NCBI GenBank assembly: GCA_964016885.1 | Contig: OZ024762.1 | Location: 8,308,001 to 8,372,000 of the forward strand | Length of the DNA stretch: 64,000 nucleotides | Origin: Eledone cirrhosa | Taxonomy: Eukaryota | Direction: 5' to 3' | Shown here: positions 26,161 to 45,642 of the stretch, one piece after another | Layout of the letters: each line of letters opens with the position of its first letter | Position numbering within the stretch: the first letter of the stretch is position 1 | Notes under the pieces: generated by a model | What the model was told of the DNA's origin: nothing | The model's database searches: none | Seen by the model: the letters and a program-made list of their open reading frames with translations, nothing else | Made by a program: the position numbers and the translations under genes

Positions 26161-27098
26161 AGGGCAGAGGCGAAGGGTGCGTGCATGCAACGCATGCAGT
26201 GCATGCGTTATAGAATCTTGAGTTGATCAATTGCGTCGGTTGAAGCAAGCAGAATTTTGGCTGCTTGCTAAAACGTATAGACACAAAAAAAGATAACACA
26301 CACACACACGACAGCGTCGGTTGAAGCAAGCAGAATTTTGGCTGCTTGCTAAAACGTATAGACACAAAGAAAGATAACACACACACACACTAGATAAAAC
26401 TACATGCGACTTTGACCGGGAGGGTCATTTAGAGGGAATTGGGGGGGGGGGTGCACAGCCCCACTTTCCGCCATGGCGATTGGACTGCATGCCCTGCTTT
26501 CCAGGTTACCCTTCGCCACTGGCTCAGGGTTGTTTTTGGCAAGATGATTGGCGAATGACAACTTAGGATCAACTTATGTTTAAAATGTGTTTATTGAAGC
26601 AGTGCCGACATGATACTAAACAATAGGGGAAGGGGAATAGATGAGATGGTCACGCCTGGAACGACTCTGTCATGAATGGCTTGAGACTAAACAATAACAT
26701 CATAAAAAATAAATGCGATGGTGACAACTGAAACGGCTCTGATTTTATGTCCAGTCGACCTTACACTAAACAACTGATCGATGAGATGGTCACATCTGGA
26801 ATGGCTTTGATCGTGTGTCCAGTCAACCAGGACTGGCCGTATATAAATGTCATCAGACAGACACAGTCAGCCAGAGAGACAGACTGCCGGACAGACAGAC
26901 ACACAGTCAGCCAGCCAAACAGTCAGCCAGACTGACAAACTGACACACGGACAAAGACAAACAAACAAACATTTAGACAGACAAACAGTCAGCAGACAGT
27001 GAGATAGTCAAAACATTATAGGATCAACAGTTTCATAACAAATATCATTGTGGCACCTTCTTTAACACTATCTCCTCTCCCCGTTACTCCCTCTCACC

Positions 27099-27109
27099 GC
27101 ACATGCGCA
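27099..27109 (+). promoter_or_regulatory. NRF1-like motif upstream of GCDH start
   Basis: GCACATGCGCA, one mismatch to GCGCATGCGCA, about 45 nt before the ATG of a mitochondrial enzyme gene. Confidence 0.35.
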
Positions 27110-27150
27110 GTATCAGCCAATTGCTCGTTTCGTCGTGTTCCCCACCAGGA

Positions 27151-27265
27151 ATGGCTCTTCTACGTTCCTTAAGTAAAACCCTGCTATCTTTACAACAGCA
27201 AGCTGTTAGAAATGGCCCTTATCTTCAACAGATCGGCACCTCTCGACTTCTACTTTCAACGATGC
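27151..27265 (+). CDS. GCDH: Glutaryl-CoA dehydrogenase, coding exon 1 (mitochondrial transit peptide)
   Basis: ATG MALLRSLSKTLLSLQQQAVRNGPYLQQIGTSRLLLSTM, Arg/Leu/Ser-rich with no acidic residues; phase-1 donor C|GTATCCTTTT compatible with next exon. Confidence 0.8.
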
Positions 27266-33692
<6,427 letters not shown>

Positions 33693-33728
33693 CTGCCTCT
33701 GCGGAGAAGACAGAAAGCAAAAGCAAAG
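33693..33728 (+). CDS. GCDH: GCDH coding exon 2 (36-nt micro-exon)
   Basis: atatag|CTGCCTCT...AAAG|gtaggt; phase 1-1, (P)ASAEKTESKSK; joins exons 1 and 3 in frame. Confidence 0.75.
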
Positions 33729-34473
33729 GTAGGTGTTTACTGAATTAATATATAATTTTTCTAAGTAGATCTAATAAGTTCTTTGTTAACTTCAGCGGAG
33801 ATAACTTCTCTAGTCTTTACTGAACCAAACTTTCTTGCAACAATTGAAGACAATGTTGTGTGAGTGGACGTTCTCTGTAAGCCTACTTAGTGAACACAAC
33901 AGATACATTTTTATCTTATTAGTTGCCAGTGAAGTATATTTATTTAGCATGTATACTTCTGTGTGTATATATTTCTTAGGTTGCATGCTAAGCAGTGGGA
34001 TTATATGATAAAGTTATATTTGTATCTATATAGAATAGAGCTAAGTGAGACTATAAATGTGTACATAAATTTACACACTTTTTAGTATATATAGGCTAAA
34101 TACTTATCTAGGGCGGGTAAAATTCCCGAGATCCATGGACGAGTTCTCTCCTGCGGTCTCTGTCCTTCATCATTGCCGCTATATCCCAAAGACTAGTATC
34201 TGTTCTTAGAGCATCAATATATGTCATCCTCGGTGTCCCTTTTCTAAAAAATGTCTTAAGATAAAAAAAAAAAAATAACAGGTCCCAAGGGAGGCTACTC
34301 TGTATAGTTGTAATTAAGAATTTGAAGGATTTATGTTCCTTGGCTCAGGATATATATATATATATATATATATGCTTGGGTGCTTGTTTGTGTTTTCAAT
34401 GCAAGTATATGTGTATATACATCGTATATATATTTATATATATATATATATATATTGTCAATTCGTGTCTGTA

Positions 34474-34587
34474 TAGGGTGGCCCAGACATCACTTGACCA
34501 TTTCAAAATATAACCCTTTTGTTTATTGTAAATTAATTGTGAAGAAGTTATATTTTAAAATAGTCTACTGACTTTTGGTCCACCCTG
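34474..34587. mobile_element. Tc1/mariner-type MITE
   Basis: Imperfect TIRs (t)agggtgg...caaaatataac / gttatattttaa...ccaccctg; similar short MITE at 16751-16831. Confidence 0.5.
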
Positions 34588-34872
34588 TGTGTATGTATGC
34601 CTCTATCATTGTTTATGTTTTCTCCATGCATGTGTATGTATATATGTATATATATATTATGGAATGCTGTTCGCTTTTCGCTGCAGTGTTTTCTATACCT
34701 TTCATTTATATGTATATATATATGTATATAATGCTGTAGATATTTATATATATAATGCTGTATATATATATGTATATAATGCTGTATATATATATGTATA
34801 TAATACTGTGTATATATGTATATAATGCTGTATATATTTCTATAATGCTGTATATATATATTGTCCACACAG

Positions 34873-35010
34873 TTATCAGCTTTAATTGGCAAGATGCCTT
34901 CAATCTGGAAAGTCAATTGACCGAAGAAGAGATTCTCATCCGTGACCAATTCCGAGCTTATTGTCAAGAGAAACTCATGCCACGTATATTAATGGCCAAC
35001 AGAATAGAAC
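34873..35010 (+). CDS. GCDH: GCDH coding exon 3
   Basis: cacag|, (V)[45 protein letters not shown], donor C|GTAAGT. Confidence 0.95.
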
Positions 35011-35279
35011 GTAAGTTACTTTACGTTTACATTGAATTAATAGCAATCTAACTATCTCTATGTTTGTGTGTGTATGTATATTTTTTTTAAAGTGAGGAAA
35101 GACTGTGCACTGAGCCAATCCCACTCTTTGAGTGACAGTAGCTATAATCCGAAAAGAAGAAAAGATCAACATCATCGGTAACTATTGGGCCACTGGTTTT
35201 ATATCGGAGTTATCCCAGTTTCCTGAGTTGCCTTCTCCTAGAAGAAATGCCCTGACAAAGGCCAGGGGTCCTTCACTCA

Positions 35280-36005
35280 CCCAGTCCACACTGTAAAGTG
35301 GTCGTGTAGGTGTCATGGCAAAAAGCACCTACTGCACACTATAATGTGGTTTTGTAAGAGTCACGACAGAAAGCGCCCAGCCCACATTGCAAGGTGGTCA
35401 TGTAGGAGTCATAACAAAAAGCACCAGTCCACACTGTAAAGTGGTCATGTAGGTGTCACAACAAAAAGCACCAGTCCACACTGTAAAGTGGTCATGTAGG
35501 TGTCACGACAAAAAGCACCAGTCCACACTGTAAAGTGGTCATGTAGGAGTCATGACAAAAAGCACCAGTCCACACTGTAAAGTGGTCATGTAGGTGTCAC
35601 AACAAAAAGCACCAGTCCACACTGTAAAGTGGTCATGTAGGTGTCATGACGAAAAGCACCAGTCCACACTGTAAAGTGGTCATTAAGGTGTCACGACAAA
35701 AAGCACCAGTCCACACTGTAAAGTGGTCATGTAGGTGTCACAACAAAAAGCACCAGTCCACACTGTAAAGTGGTCATGTAGGTGTCACAACAAAAAGCAC
35801 CAGTCCATACTGTAAAGTGGTCATGTAGGTGTCACAACAAAAAGCACCAGTCCACACTGTAAAGTGGTCATGTAGGTGTCACAACAAAAAGCACCAGTCC
35901 ATACTGTAAAGTGGTCATGTAGGTGTCACAACAAAAAGCACCAGTCCATACTGTAAAGTGGTCATGTAGGTGTCACAACAAAAAGCACCAGTCCACACTG
36001 TAAAT
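35280..36005. repeat. 47-bp minisatellite (about 15 copies) expanded within a SINE body
   Basis: Unit ccagtccacactgtaaagtggtcatgtaggtgtcacaacaaaaagca, running into the SINE 3' tail and (GAT)n. Confidence 0.9.
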
Positions 36006-36318
36006 GTGGTTGGCGCTAGGAAGAACATCGAGCTTAAAAACCTTACCAGAAACAGTTCTATATGAGCAGGACACAGTTACCTGACCCAACTTGCCTCTAA
36101 TGGGACAACCTGTCTAACTCATGCTAGTGGGGAAAGTGGACGTTAAACGATGATGATGATGTTCCATATATGAACATGAATAAATAATATAATTGTTTCT
36201 ACTTTTTGGCACAAGGCCAGCAATTACCCAGTGCATTACTGGTACTTTATTTTATCGACCCCGTAAGGATGAAAGGCAAAGTTAACCTCGGCGAATAATA
36301 TAATATAACATATATATA

Positions 36319-36395
<77 letters not shown>

Positions 36396-36864
36396 CACGA
36401 ATTGGCTTCTACAGGACTAGAACTGTTTCATTCGAAAGAAATCATCAGTAAAGTTTTACTGAATAGTGAAGTTGTGTCTATGTGGTGTAGTTTAGGTAGC
36501 AGTTGTTCTAGATCACCCATGGTGGTGTCTATGTGGTGTAGTTTAGGTGGCAGTAGTTCTAGATCACCCATGGTGGTGTCTATGGTGGTAGTACTTCTAT
36601 TTTAGTAGACCATTCTGTTGTCTTACATTAAAGTGGTGTCTTTGTGGTGTAGTTTAGGTGGTAGTAGTACCAGTTATTTGATCAGCCCACATTGGGGTGA
36701 TACTGCACCTTAAAGGTAAGGAATTAAGGATTACCCGAGAGGGTAATCCTTAATTATAACCTTATAACAAATTGACGGCCATTGTAATTGATGGATTGAT
36801 ATTGATTTCATATTGATGTGTTGTAAATTTTTTCAATTTTGTTTTTTTTGTTTTCTCTGTCTAG

Positions 36865-36988
36865 ATTTTGACCGTGACATTATGAGTGAAATGGGTTCAT
36901 TAGGTGTCCTGGGGCCAACAATCAAAGGTTATGGCTGTGCTGGGGTTTCATCTGTGGCATATGGTTTAATAACAAGAGAATTGGAGAG
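36865..36988 (+). CDS. GCDH: GCDH coding exon 4
   Basis: ctag|, (H)[40 protein letters not shown](R), donor AG|GTGAGT. Confidence 0.95.
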
Positions 36989-37268
36989 GTGAGTCGATTA
37001 CTGTTGAAAATATATAGCTATAGCACACACATATAAACACATGCACACATACACACATATAAACACATGCACACATACTCATAAACACACACACACAAAC
37101 ACATATAAACACACGCACATTGGAGCACGCTTGCTTCATTTCTCTCCAGCTTTCATATATATATATATATATATATATCTTTTCAATGTGGTCTACCCTT
37201 CGTGGTAGGGTCTGTACCATAGATAGAACTCTGATGATGATTATGTTGTTGTTGTTGTTTGATTATAG

Positions 37269-37378
37269 AGTTGACAGCAGCTACCGTTCAGCCATGAGCG
37301 TTCAGTCCTCCCTTGTGATGCATCCCATTAATGAATATGGCACCGAAGAACAGAAAACTAGATTTTTACCCAAGTTAG
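37269..37378 (+). CDS. GCDH: GCDH coding exon 5
   Basis: ttatag|, [36 protein letters not shown], donor G|GTAAGT. Confidence 0.95.
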
Positions 37379-38263
37379 GTAAGTTGACAAATGTTTATGT
37401 ATGTATATGTATGTGTCTAAGTGTGTCTGTATGTCTGTGTTTGGGGCTTAGTTGGTTGTTTTGGTGTGTACATAGTATACATACACATATATATATATAT
37501 TGACACACATACACCTTGTAGGCACCTCTTAACCACTATACCCCCACCCATCCATTCCTTTCCACACCACCCTTACACAGTGAACAAAACACATCCAGTC
37601 CACACTGTAAAGGGGTCATATATGAGTCACAACAAAAAGCACCCAGCCCATACTGACATTCCTCAACGACACCAGCTATACTCTCTGAACCATAACACTC
37701 CAATTTTTCTTCCCTTCTCTTACTTTACGACTGTCTATTTTTACCGCAATAATTACTATATCTAATCACGTGACTCTGACCATCCATTTTTTGGTGCAAA
37801 AATTACTATTCCTAAAAGCGTGACTGTCACCAACAAATAAAATAGTAAATAGGAATTTTGAGACACTGTGAGATGGGTTTAACACGGCCAACTGGTCTGT
37901 CCCTCCTCCATAACAGAGCCATCTAGTTCCACACTGTAAATGTGGTTGGTGTTAGGAAGGGCATCTAGCTGTAAAATACCCGGCCAAATTTACAATCATC
38001 ATTGGAACAAAGTGCGGCATGGTCACCGCTAGTCAGACTTACCCCCCCAGCATGGACGAACCATCTAACCGATGCAAGAATAGGAAAAATGGACACTAAA
38101 CAGTGGTGATGATGATGATGATAAATGTTTTAAAATAAACAGTTCTGTATCATAAAACCCGATGTGGTTGTCTCAGGTGGGTCGGTATTAAAAGGGTTGA
38201 TCCACATAGTAACATCAGAGAAGTTAGTAAAACATTTGCTGTGTTTGTCTTTCTTTCTTTCAG

Positions 38264-38393
38264 CAACTGGAGAGTTGATTGGTTGTTTTGGTCTGACAGA
38301 ACCAAATCATGGAAGTGATCCTTCGTCTATGGAAACAGTAGCACGATATTCTCCTGCAGATGATACATATATTCTAAATGGAGCTAAATCTTG
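38264..38393 (+). CDS. GCDH: GCDH coding exon 6
   Basis: tttcag|, (A)[42 protein letters not shown](W), acyl-CoA dehydrogenase signature GLTEPxxGSD; donor TG|GTAAGT. Confidence 0.96.
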
Positions 38394-39046
38394 GTAAGTT
38401 CTCCTATATTTCCTACATATATTCAGCACACATCCAACTTCTAGTTAGTTCTACAATATCTCCTACATATATGCTAAATGGAGCTAAATCTTGGTAAGTT
38501 CTCCTATATTTCCTACATATATTCAGCACACATCCAACTTCTAGTTAGTTCTACAATATCTCCTACATATATTCTAAATGGAGCCAAATCTTGGTAAGTT
38601 CTATATTTCCTACATATATTTGGCACACATCCAACTTCCAGTTAGTTCTACAATATCTCCTACATATATTCTAAATGGAGCTAAATCTTGGTAAGTTCTC
38701 CTATATTTCCTACATATATTCAGCACACATCCAACTTCTAGTTAGTTCTACAATATCTCCTACATATATTCTAAATGGAGCTAAATCTTGGTAAGTTCTC
38801 CTATATTTCCTACATATATTCAGCACACATCCAACTTCTAGTTAGTTCTACAATATCTCCTACATATATGCTAAATGGAGCTAAATCTTGGTAAGTTCTC
38901 CTATATTTCCTACATATATTCAGCACACATCAACTTCTAGTTAGTTCTACAATATCTCCTACATATATTCTAAATGGAGCCAAATCTTGGTAAGTTCTAT
39001 ATTTCCTACATATATTCAGCACACATCCAACTTCTAGTTAGTTCTA
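38364..39046 (+). repeat. About 100-bp tandem repeat (7 copies) spanning the GCDH exon 6 / intron 6 junction
   Basis: TCTTG|GTAAGT recurs with GT at 38394, 38494, 38594, 38691, 38791, 38891 and 38990. Confidence 0.92.
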
Positions 39047-39244
39047 CTATATTTTCCATTTCCATATGTCTAACACCCGTGTCTGACTGTCTGATGGCAT
39101 TTAGTGTAAAGACAGTCCTGGTTGACTGGACATATGATCAAAGCCATTCCAGTTGTGACCATCTCATTGATTAGTTGTTGTTTAGTGTAAGGTTGACTGG
39201 ACATAAAATCAGAGCCATTCCAGTTGTGAACATTGCATTGACCT

Positions 39245-39625
39245 GGAAACTTTTCAGAGATGTACAAAACCAAGCGAATACCCTCCATCAGACATCTACC
39301 ATACTCTGAATGCCTTGTTTCCCTGGGCATGGATACATTAAAGCTCCAACGTCTGGCAACTGACTTGGTAAACACCCACAAAATTATTAACCGTCTTTCC
39401 AACAACAACCCTGAGCACCTTTTTGAATTCCATGTGTCAAACACATGTGGGCATGCCTACAAAGTCAGAAAACAGCACAGCTCCCATGACTTTCGGAAAC
39501 GTTTTTCATGCTCAGAGTTGCTGAAGCATGGAACAAACTACCTGCATCAGTTGTTAGCTATCGAGACACTGCATCCTTCAAAGCTTCCATGTTTCCCGAA
39601 ATTTGCCAACACTACACCTGATACC
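39245..39625 (+). mobile_element. CR1/L2-like LINE 3' fragment
   Basis: LPYSECLVSLGMDTLKLQRLATDL...HKII...CGHAYK..., followed by a frameshifted RVAEAWNKLP segment. Confidence 0.7.
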
Positions 39626-39996
39626 CCCCCCCCCCCCCTCCATACACACACTCACACGTGTTGTGTGTATATCATGACTCATCAGCAGTGTCATTATCGC
39701 CATTACAACCACCACCACCACTATCATCATCACCATAACCATCACCATCACAATCACCACCACCACCACCATCACTATCACAATAACCGCCACCACTACC
39801 ACCGCCACCATCAACATCATCATCACAATCACCACCACCAACATCATCACCATCACAATAACCACTGCCACCATCATCATTAACATCACCATTACCACCA
39901 CCCCCAACAACAACACCACCACCATCGCCATCACAATAACTACCACCACCATCACCATCATTGCAATCATCATCATTGACTACAAATATTTCTCTA

Positions 39997-42376
39997 ACAC
40001 ACACAGACACACACTCTTACTCACAGACACACACTCTCACACACAGACACACACTCTCACACACAGACACACACTCTCACACACAGACACACACTCTCAC
40101 ACACAGACACACTCTCACACACAGACACACACACATAGACACACACTCTCACACACAGACACACTCTTACACACAGACACACTCTCACACACAGACACAC
40201 TCTTACACACAGACACACTCTCACACACAGACACACACACACACACTCTCACACACAGACACACACTCTCACACACACACGCACACACACACAATCACAC
40301 AGACACACACTCTCACACACAGACACACACACACTCTTACACACAGACACACTCTCACACACAGACACACACACACACACTCTCACACACAGACACACAC
40401 TCTTACACACAGACACACACTCTTACACACAGACACACACTCTCACACACAGACACACACTCTCACACACAGACACACTCTCACACACAGACACACACTC
40501 TCACACACACACACACTCTCACACACAGACACACACACACACAATCACACAGACACACACTCTCACACACAGACACACACACACTCTTACATACAGACAC
40601 ACTCACACACACACACACACACACACTCTCACACACAGACACACACTCTTACACACAGACACACACTCGTACACACAGACACACACTCTCACACACAGAC
40701 ACACACTCTCACACACAGACACACTCTCACACACAGACACTCTCACACACAGACACACACTCTTACACACAGACACACACTCTCACACACAGACACACTC
40801 TCACACACAGACACACACACACTCTCACACATAGACACACACTCTCACACACACACACACTCTTACACACAGACACACTCTCACACACAGACACACACAC
40901 ACACACACAGACACACTCTCACACACACACACTCTCACACACACACACTCTCACACACAGACACACACACACACTCTCACACACAGACACACACTCTCAC
41001 ACACAGACACTCTCACACAGACACACACTCTCACACACAGACACACACACTCTCACACAGACACACTCTCACACACAGGCACATACACACTCTTTCTCAC
41101 ACAGACACACACTCTCACACACAGACAGACACACTCTCACACAGACACACACTCTCACACACAGACACACACACTCTCACACAGACACTCTCACACACAG
41201 ACACACTCTCACACACAGACACACACACACTCTCACACACAGACACACACACACACATTCTCACACACAGACAGACACACACTCTCACACACAGTTACAC
41301 ACAGACACACACTCTCACACACAGACACACTCTCACACACAGACACACACACTCACACACAAACACACACACTCACACACAGACACACACACTCTCACAC
41401 AGACGCACACAGACACACTCACACACAGACACACACTCTCACACACAGACACACTCTCACACACAGATGCACACTCTCACACACAGTCACACTCTCACAC
41501 AGACACACTCTCACACACAGACACACACACACTCTCACACATAGACACACACTCTCACACACAGACACACTCTCACACACAGACACACACACAGACACAC
41601 ACTCTCACACACACACACTCTCACACACACACCACACTCTCTCACATAGACACACACTCTCACACACAGACACACTCTCACACACAGACACACACTCTCA
41701 CACAGACGCACACACTCTCACACACACACACACACACTCACACAGACACTCTCACACACAGACACACACTCTCACACACAAACACACTCTCACACACACA
41801 CACACTCTCACACACAGACACACACTCTCACACACAGACGCACACACTCTTACACACAGACACACACTCTCACACATAGACACACTCTCACACACAGACA
41901 CACACACACTCTTACACAGACACACTCTCACACACAGACACACACACACACACTCTCACACACAGACACACACTCTCACACACACACACACTCTCACACA
42001 CAGACACACACTCTCACACACACACACTCTCACACACAGACACAGACACACACTCTCACACAGACACACACTCTCACACACAGACACAGACACACACACT
42101 CTCACACAGACACACACTCTCACACACAGACACTCTCACACACACACTCTCACATACAGACACACTCTCACAGACACACACTCTTACACACAGACACACA
42201 CTCTCACACACAGACACACACACACACACACACACTCACACACAGACACACACTCTCACACACAGGCACACACACACACACTCTCACACACATATAACAT
42301 GTTCTTCTTCTCTCTGATAGGATCACCAATTCCCCGATTGCAGATGTGATGATTGTTTGGGGCACTCTCACACACA

Positions 42377-42417
<41 letters not shown>

Positions 42418-42622
42418 ACTCTCACACAGACACACACTCTCACACACAGACACACTCTCACACAGACACACACTCTCACACACAGACACACACAGACACA
42501 CACACACTCACACACAGACACACTCTCTCACACACAGACACTCTCACACACAGACACACTCTCACACACACTCTCACACAGACACACACTCTCACACACA
42601 GACACTCTCACACAGACACACA
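39997..42622. repeat. Long compound (CA)n/CAGA/CTCT microsatellite
   Basis: Direct inspection; source of the spurious His/Thr-rich 527-aa ORF. Confidence 0.95.
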
Positions 42623-42731
42623 TATAACTGTTTCTACTTTAGGCACAAGGCCAGCAATTACCCAGTGCATTACTGGTACTTTATTTTATCGCACAGACAC
42701 ACATATAACATGTTCTTCTTCTCTCTGATAG

Positions 42732-42954
42732 GATCACCAGTTCCCCGATTGCAGATGTGATGATTGTTTGGGGAAAATCAAAGAATCACGGCAACAAAAT
42801 TAAAGGCTTTATTCTAGAGAAGGGGATGCCCGGTTTATCAGCCCCCAAAATTGAGGGAAAGTTCTCCCTAAGGGCCAGTATTACAGGACAGATTGTGATG
42901 GAAGATGTCGTTGTACCAAGCTGTAATCTTCTACCTGGTGCTTCTGGTCTTGGA
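42732..42954 (+). CDS. GCDH: GCDH coding exon 7
   Basis: gatag|, [74 protein letters not shown], donor GGA|GTAAGT. Confidence 0.95.
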
Positions 42955-43874
42955 GTAAGTAGACATTGTTGTTTGGGTGATGGTGGTGGTGGTGGTTGGT
43001 GGAAGTAGTAGTGGTGGTGGTGGTGGTAGTAGTGATGGTGGTTGGTGGTAGTAGTGGTGGTGGTGGTGGTTGGTGAAAGTAGTAGTGGTGGTGCTGGTGG
43101 TAGTAGTGATGGTGGTTGGTGGTAGTAGTGGTGGTGGTGGTGGTGGTTGGTGGTGGTGGTGGTGGTGGTGGTAGTGGTGGTGGTGATGGTGGTGGTTGGT
43201 GGTAGTAGTGGTGGTGGTTGTGGTGATGGTGGTGGTGGTGGTGGTGGTGGTGGTAGTAGTGGTGGTGGTGGTGGTGGTGGTGGTGGTGGTGGTGGTGGTG
43301 GTTGTGGTAGTGATGGTTGTAGTGGTGCTGATGGGAGATAGTGGGGTGGTGGTATAGGTCGTGATGGTGGTGGTCGTAGTAGTAGTAGTAGTGGTAGTAG
43401 TAGTAGTAGTGGTGGTGGCAGTAGTGATGGTGGTGGTGGTGGTGGTGGTGGTGGTGGTAGTAGTAGTGGTAGTGGTGGTGGTGGTGGTAGTGGTAGTGTG
43501 TGTGTGCATGTGTCTGTGTGTGGTAGGGGAGGGGTGATGGCTAATGAGATAAAATAATCACCTTCAACTTTAATTGTAGCTTCGTTTATCTGATATGTGT
43601 GATAATCATAAGTGTATGTGTCTATATGTATGGCTGTGTATGTGTTAGTATGTGAGTGTGTATATGTTTGTGTATGTGTTAGTGTGTCTGTGTGTCTGTT
43701 AGTAAGGCTATGTATGTGTGTGTTTGTCTCAGGTGTCATCTGTATGTCAGTATCTATAGAATCAAGGTTGACTGTTGGGAATGTTTTAGGCAATCAATTA
43801 AATGATGGTGATAATAATAATAATAAAAATAGTCAAAGACCACAAAGAAAAATAATGCCTTCTAATAGATGTAT

Positions 43875-44840
43875 CATTCTAACCACATGCCCGTAGTATA
43901 GGAGCTGAGATCTTTCAATTTGGAGAAGTAGCGGCTCTACTTTGAGCGACTCTCTGATCTCCGAGCTACAAATCTGTCCAACAATTCTTTCCTGAAACAT
44001 TCTAACCACATGCCCATAGTATAGGAGCTGAGATCTTTCAATTTGGAGAAGTAGCGGCTCTACTTTGAGCGACTCTCTGATCTCCGAGCTACAAATCTGT
44101 CCAACAATTCTTTCCTGAAACATTCTAACCACATGCCCATAGTATAGGAGCTGAGATCTTTCAATTTGGAGAAGTAGCGGCTCTACTTTGAGCGACTCTC
44201 TGATCTCCGAGCTACAAATCTGTCCAACAATTCTTTCCTGAAACATTCTAACCACATGCCCATAGTATAGGAGCTGAGATCTTTCAATTTGGAGAAGTAG
44301 CGGCTCTACTTTGAGCGACTCTCTGATCTCCGAGCTACAAATCTGTCCAACAATTCTTTCCTGAAACATTCTAACCACATGCCCATAGTATAGGAGCTGA
44401 GATCTTTCAATTTGGAGAAGTAGCGGCTCTACTTTGAACGACTCTCTGATCTCCGAGCTACAAATCTGTCCAACAATTCTTTCCTGAAACATTCTAACCA
44501 CATGCCCATAGTATAGGAGCTGAGATCTTTCAATTTGGAGAAGTAGCGGCTCTACTTTGAGCGACTCTCTGATCTCCGAGCTACAAATCTGTCCAACAAT
44601 TCTTTCCTGAAACATTCTAACCACATGCCCGTAGTATAGGAGCTGAGATCTTTCAATTTGGAGAAGTAGCGGCTCTACTTTGAGCGACTCTCTGATCTCC
44701 GAGCTACAAATCTGTCCAGCAATTCTTTCCTGAAACATTCTAACCACATGCCCATAGTATCGGAGCTGAGCTGAGATCTTTCAATTTGGAGAAGTAGCAG
44801 CTCTACCTTGAGCGACTCTCTGATCTCCGAGCTACAAACT
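43875..44840 (-). repeat. 123-bp tandem repeat (about 8 copies) derived from an RTE LINE coding segment
   Basis: Unit translates to IRESLKVEPLLLQIERSQLLYYGHVVRMFQER, like the RTE C-terminal RWxGHVxRM motif. Confidence 0.8.
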
Positions 44841-44909
44841 CTATCAAGTAACATTACAACAGAAACTCTTTGGAGGGACTCCCATTTCGGCTACTTGTAT
44901 ACGTGAGTA

Positions 44910-45079
44910 CCGTATTTCTCGGCATTGAAGACGCTACATTTTCCCCTAAAATAAGTCTCAAATATCACCATGCGTCCTGGAGGCTGAAGATTGTTTATCA
45001 TTTTTTTTTTCAAATTTTGGGTTGTCAAAATTAGGGTGTGTCCTTGAGGATGAAGCGTCTTCGGCGCTGGGAAATACGG
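44910..45079. mobile_element. pogo/Tigger-like MITE
   Basis: TA|CCGTATTTC...GAAATACGG|TA with extended imperfect TIR (gaagacgct / agcgtcttc). Confidence 0.6.
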
Positions 45080-45197
45080 TATTTTCTTTTGGTCATTACC
45101 CAAGATTCATGACCATAGGTAAGGGTTGGTATGAATACCGAACATTAATCACATGTTAATTTATTAATTTGTATTATTTTTTTTGTTTTCTTTTCAG

Positions 45198-45301
45198 GGT
45201 CCTTTTGGTTGTTTAAACAGTGCTCGTTTTGGAATTGGATGGGGGGTGCTTGGAGCAGCTGAATTCTGCCTTGAAACTGCACGGCAATATACCCTAGACA
45301 G
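45198..45301 (+). CDS. GCDH: GCDH coding exon 8
   Basis: tttcag|, [34 protein letters not shown](R), donor AG|GTGAAT. Confidence 0.95.
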
Positions 45302-45524
45302 GTGAATAGATTTTGTTGTTTTCTGAGAGTCAGCTGAAAAGTTCATGACCAAATGAGATTTATTTTTCAACATAGCTCCTTGAAGAGTTGAAATTAATGC
45401 ATGCAAGATTTCACAGCTCTATCATCTCATCACGCCATCATTGTCAGCCTATGAACCTTTCTGCCTAGCTCATATATATATATATATATATATAGTAGTA
45501 GTTCCACAACAGTTAGTTCACCAT

Positions 45525-45567
45525 ACCGAGAACAATTGTTTCACCTTATTCGGATCATCAGCTCAGT
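45525..45567 (-). ncRNA. Minimal type I hammerhead ribozyme motif
   Basis: Minus strand: actgag-CUGAUGA-tccgaataaggt-GAAAC-aauu-GUU-ctcggt; palindromic AAUU loop III. Confidence 0.7.
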
Positions 45568-45591
45568 CTAAATGAAGTTTAGAAAAAATAA

Positions 45592-45642
<51 letters not shown>

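Noticed and set aside
39961-41544. 527-aa His/Thr-rich ORF
   Set aside because: Compound CA microsatellite within GCDH intron 6
42321-42362. Upstream copy of the exon 7 start as a real separate exon or a newly gained intron
   Set aside because: No credible donor/acceptor pair would remove the duplicated 411 nt cleanly, and read-through meets a stop; kept only as a decoy acceptor finding
43833-44747. 304-aa repeat protein
   Set aside because: Tandemly amplified LINE fragment, antisense in a GCDH intron
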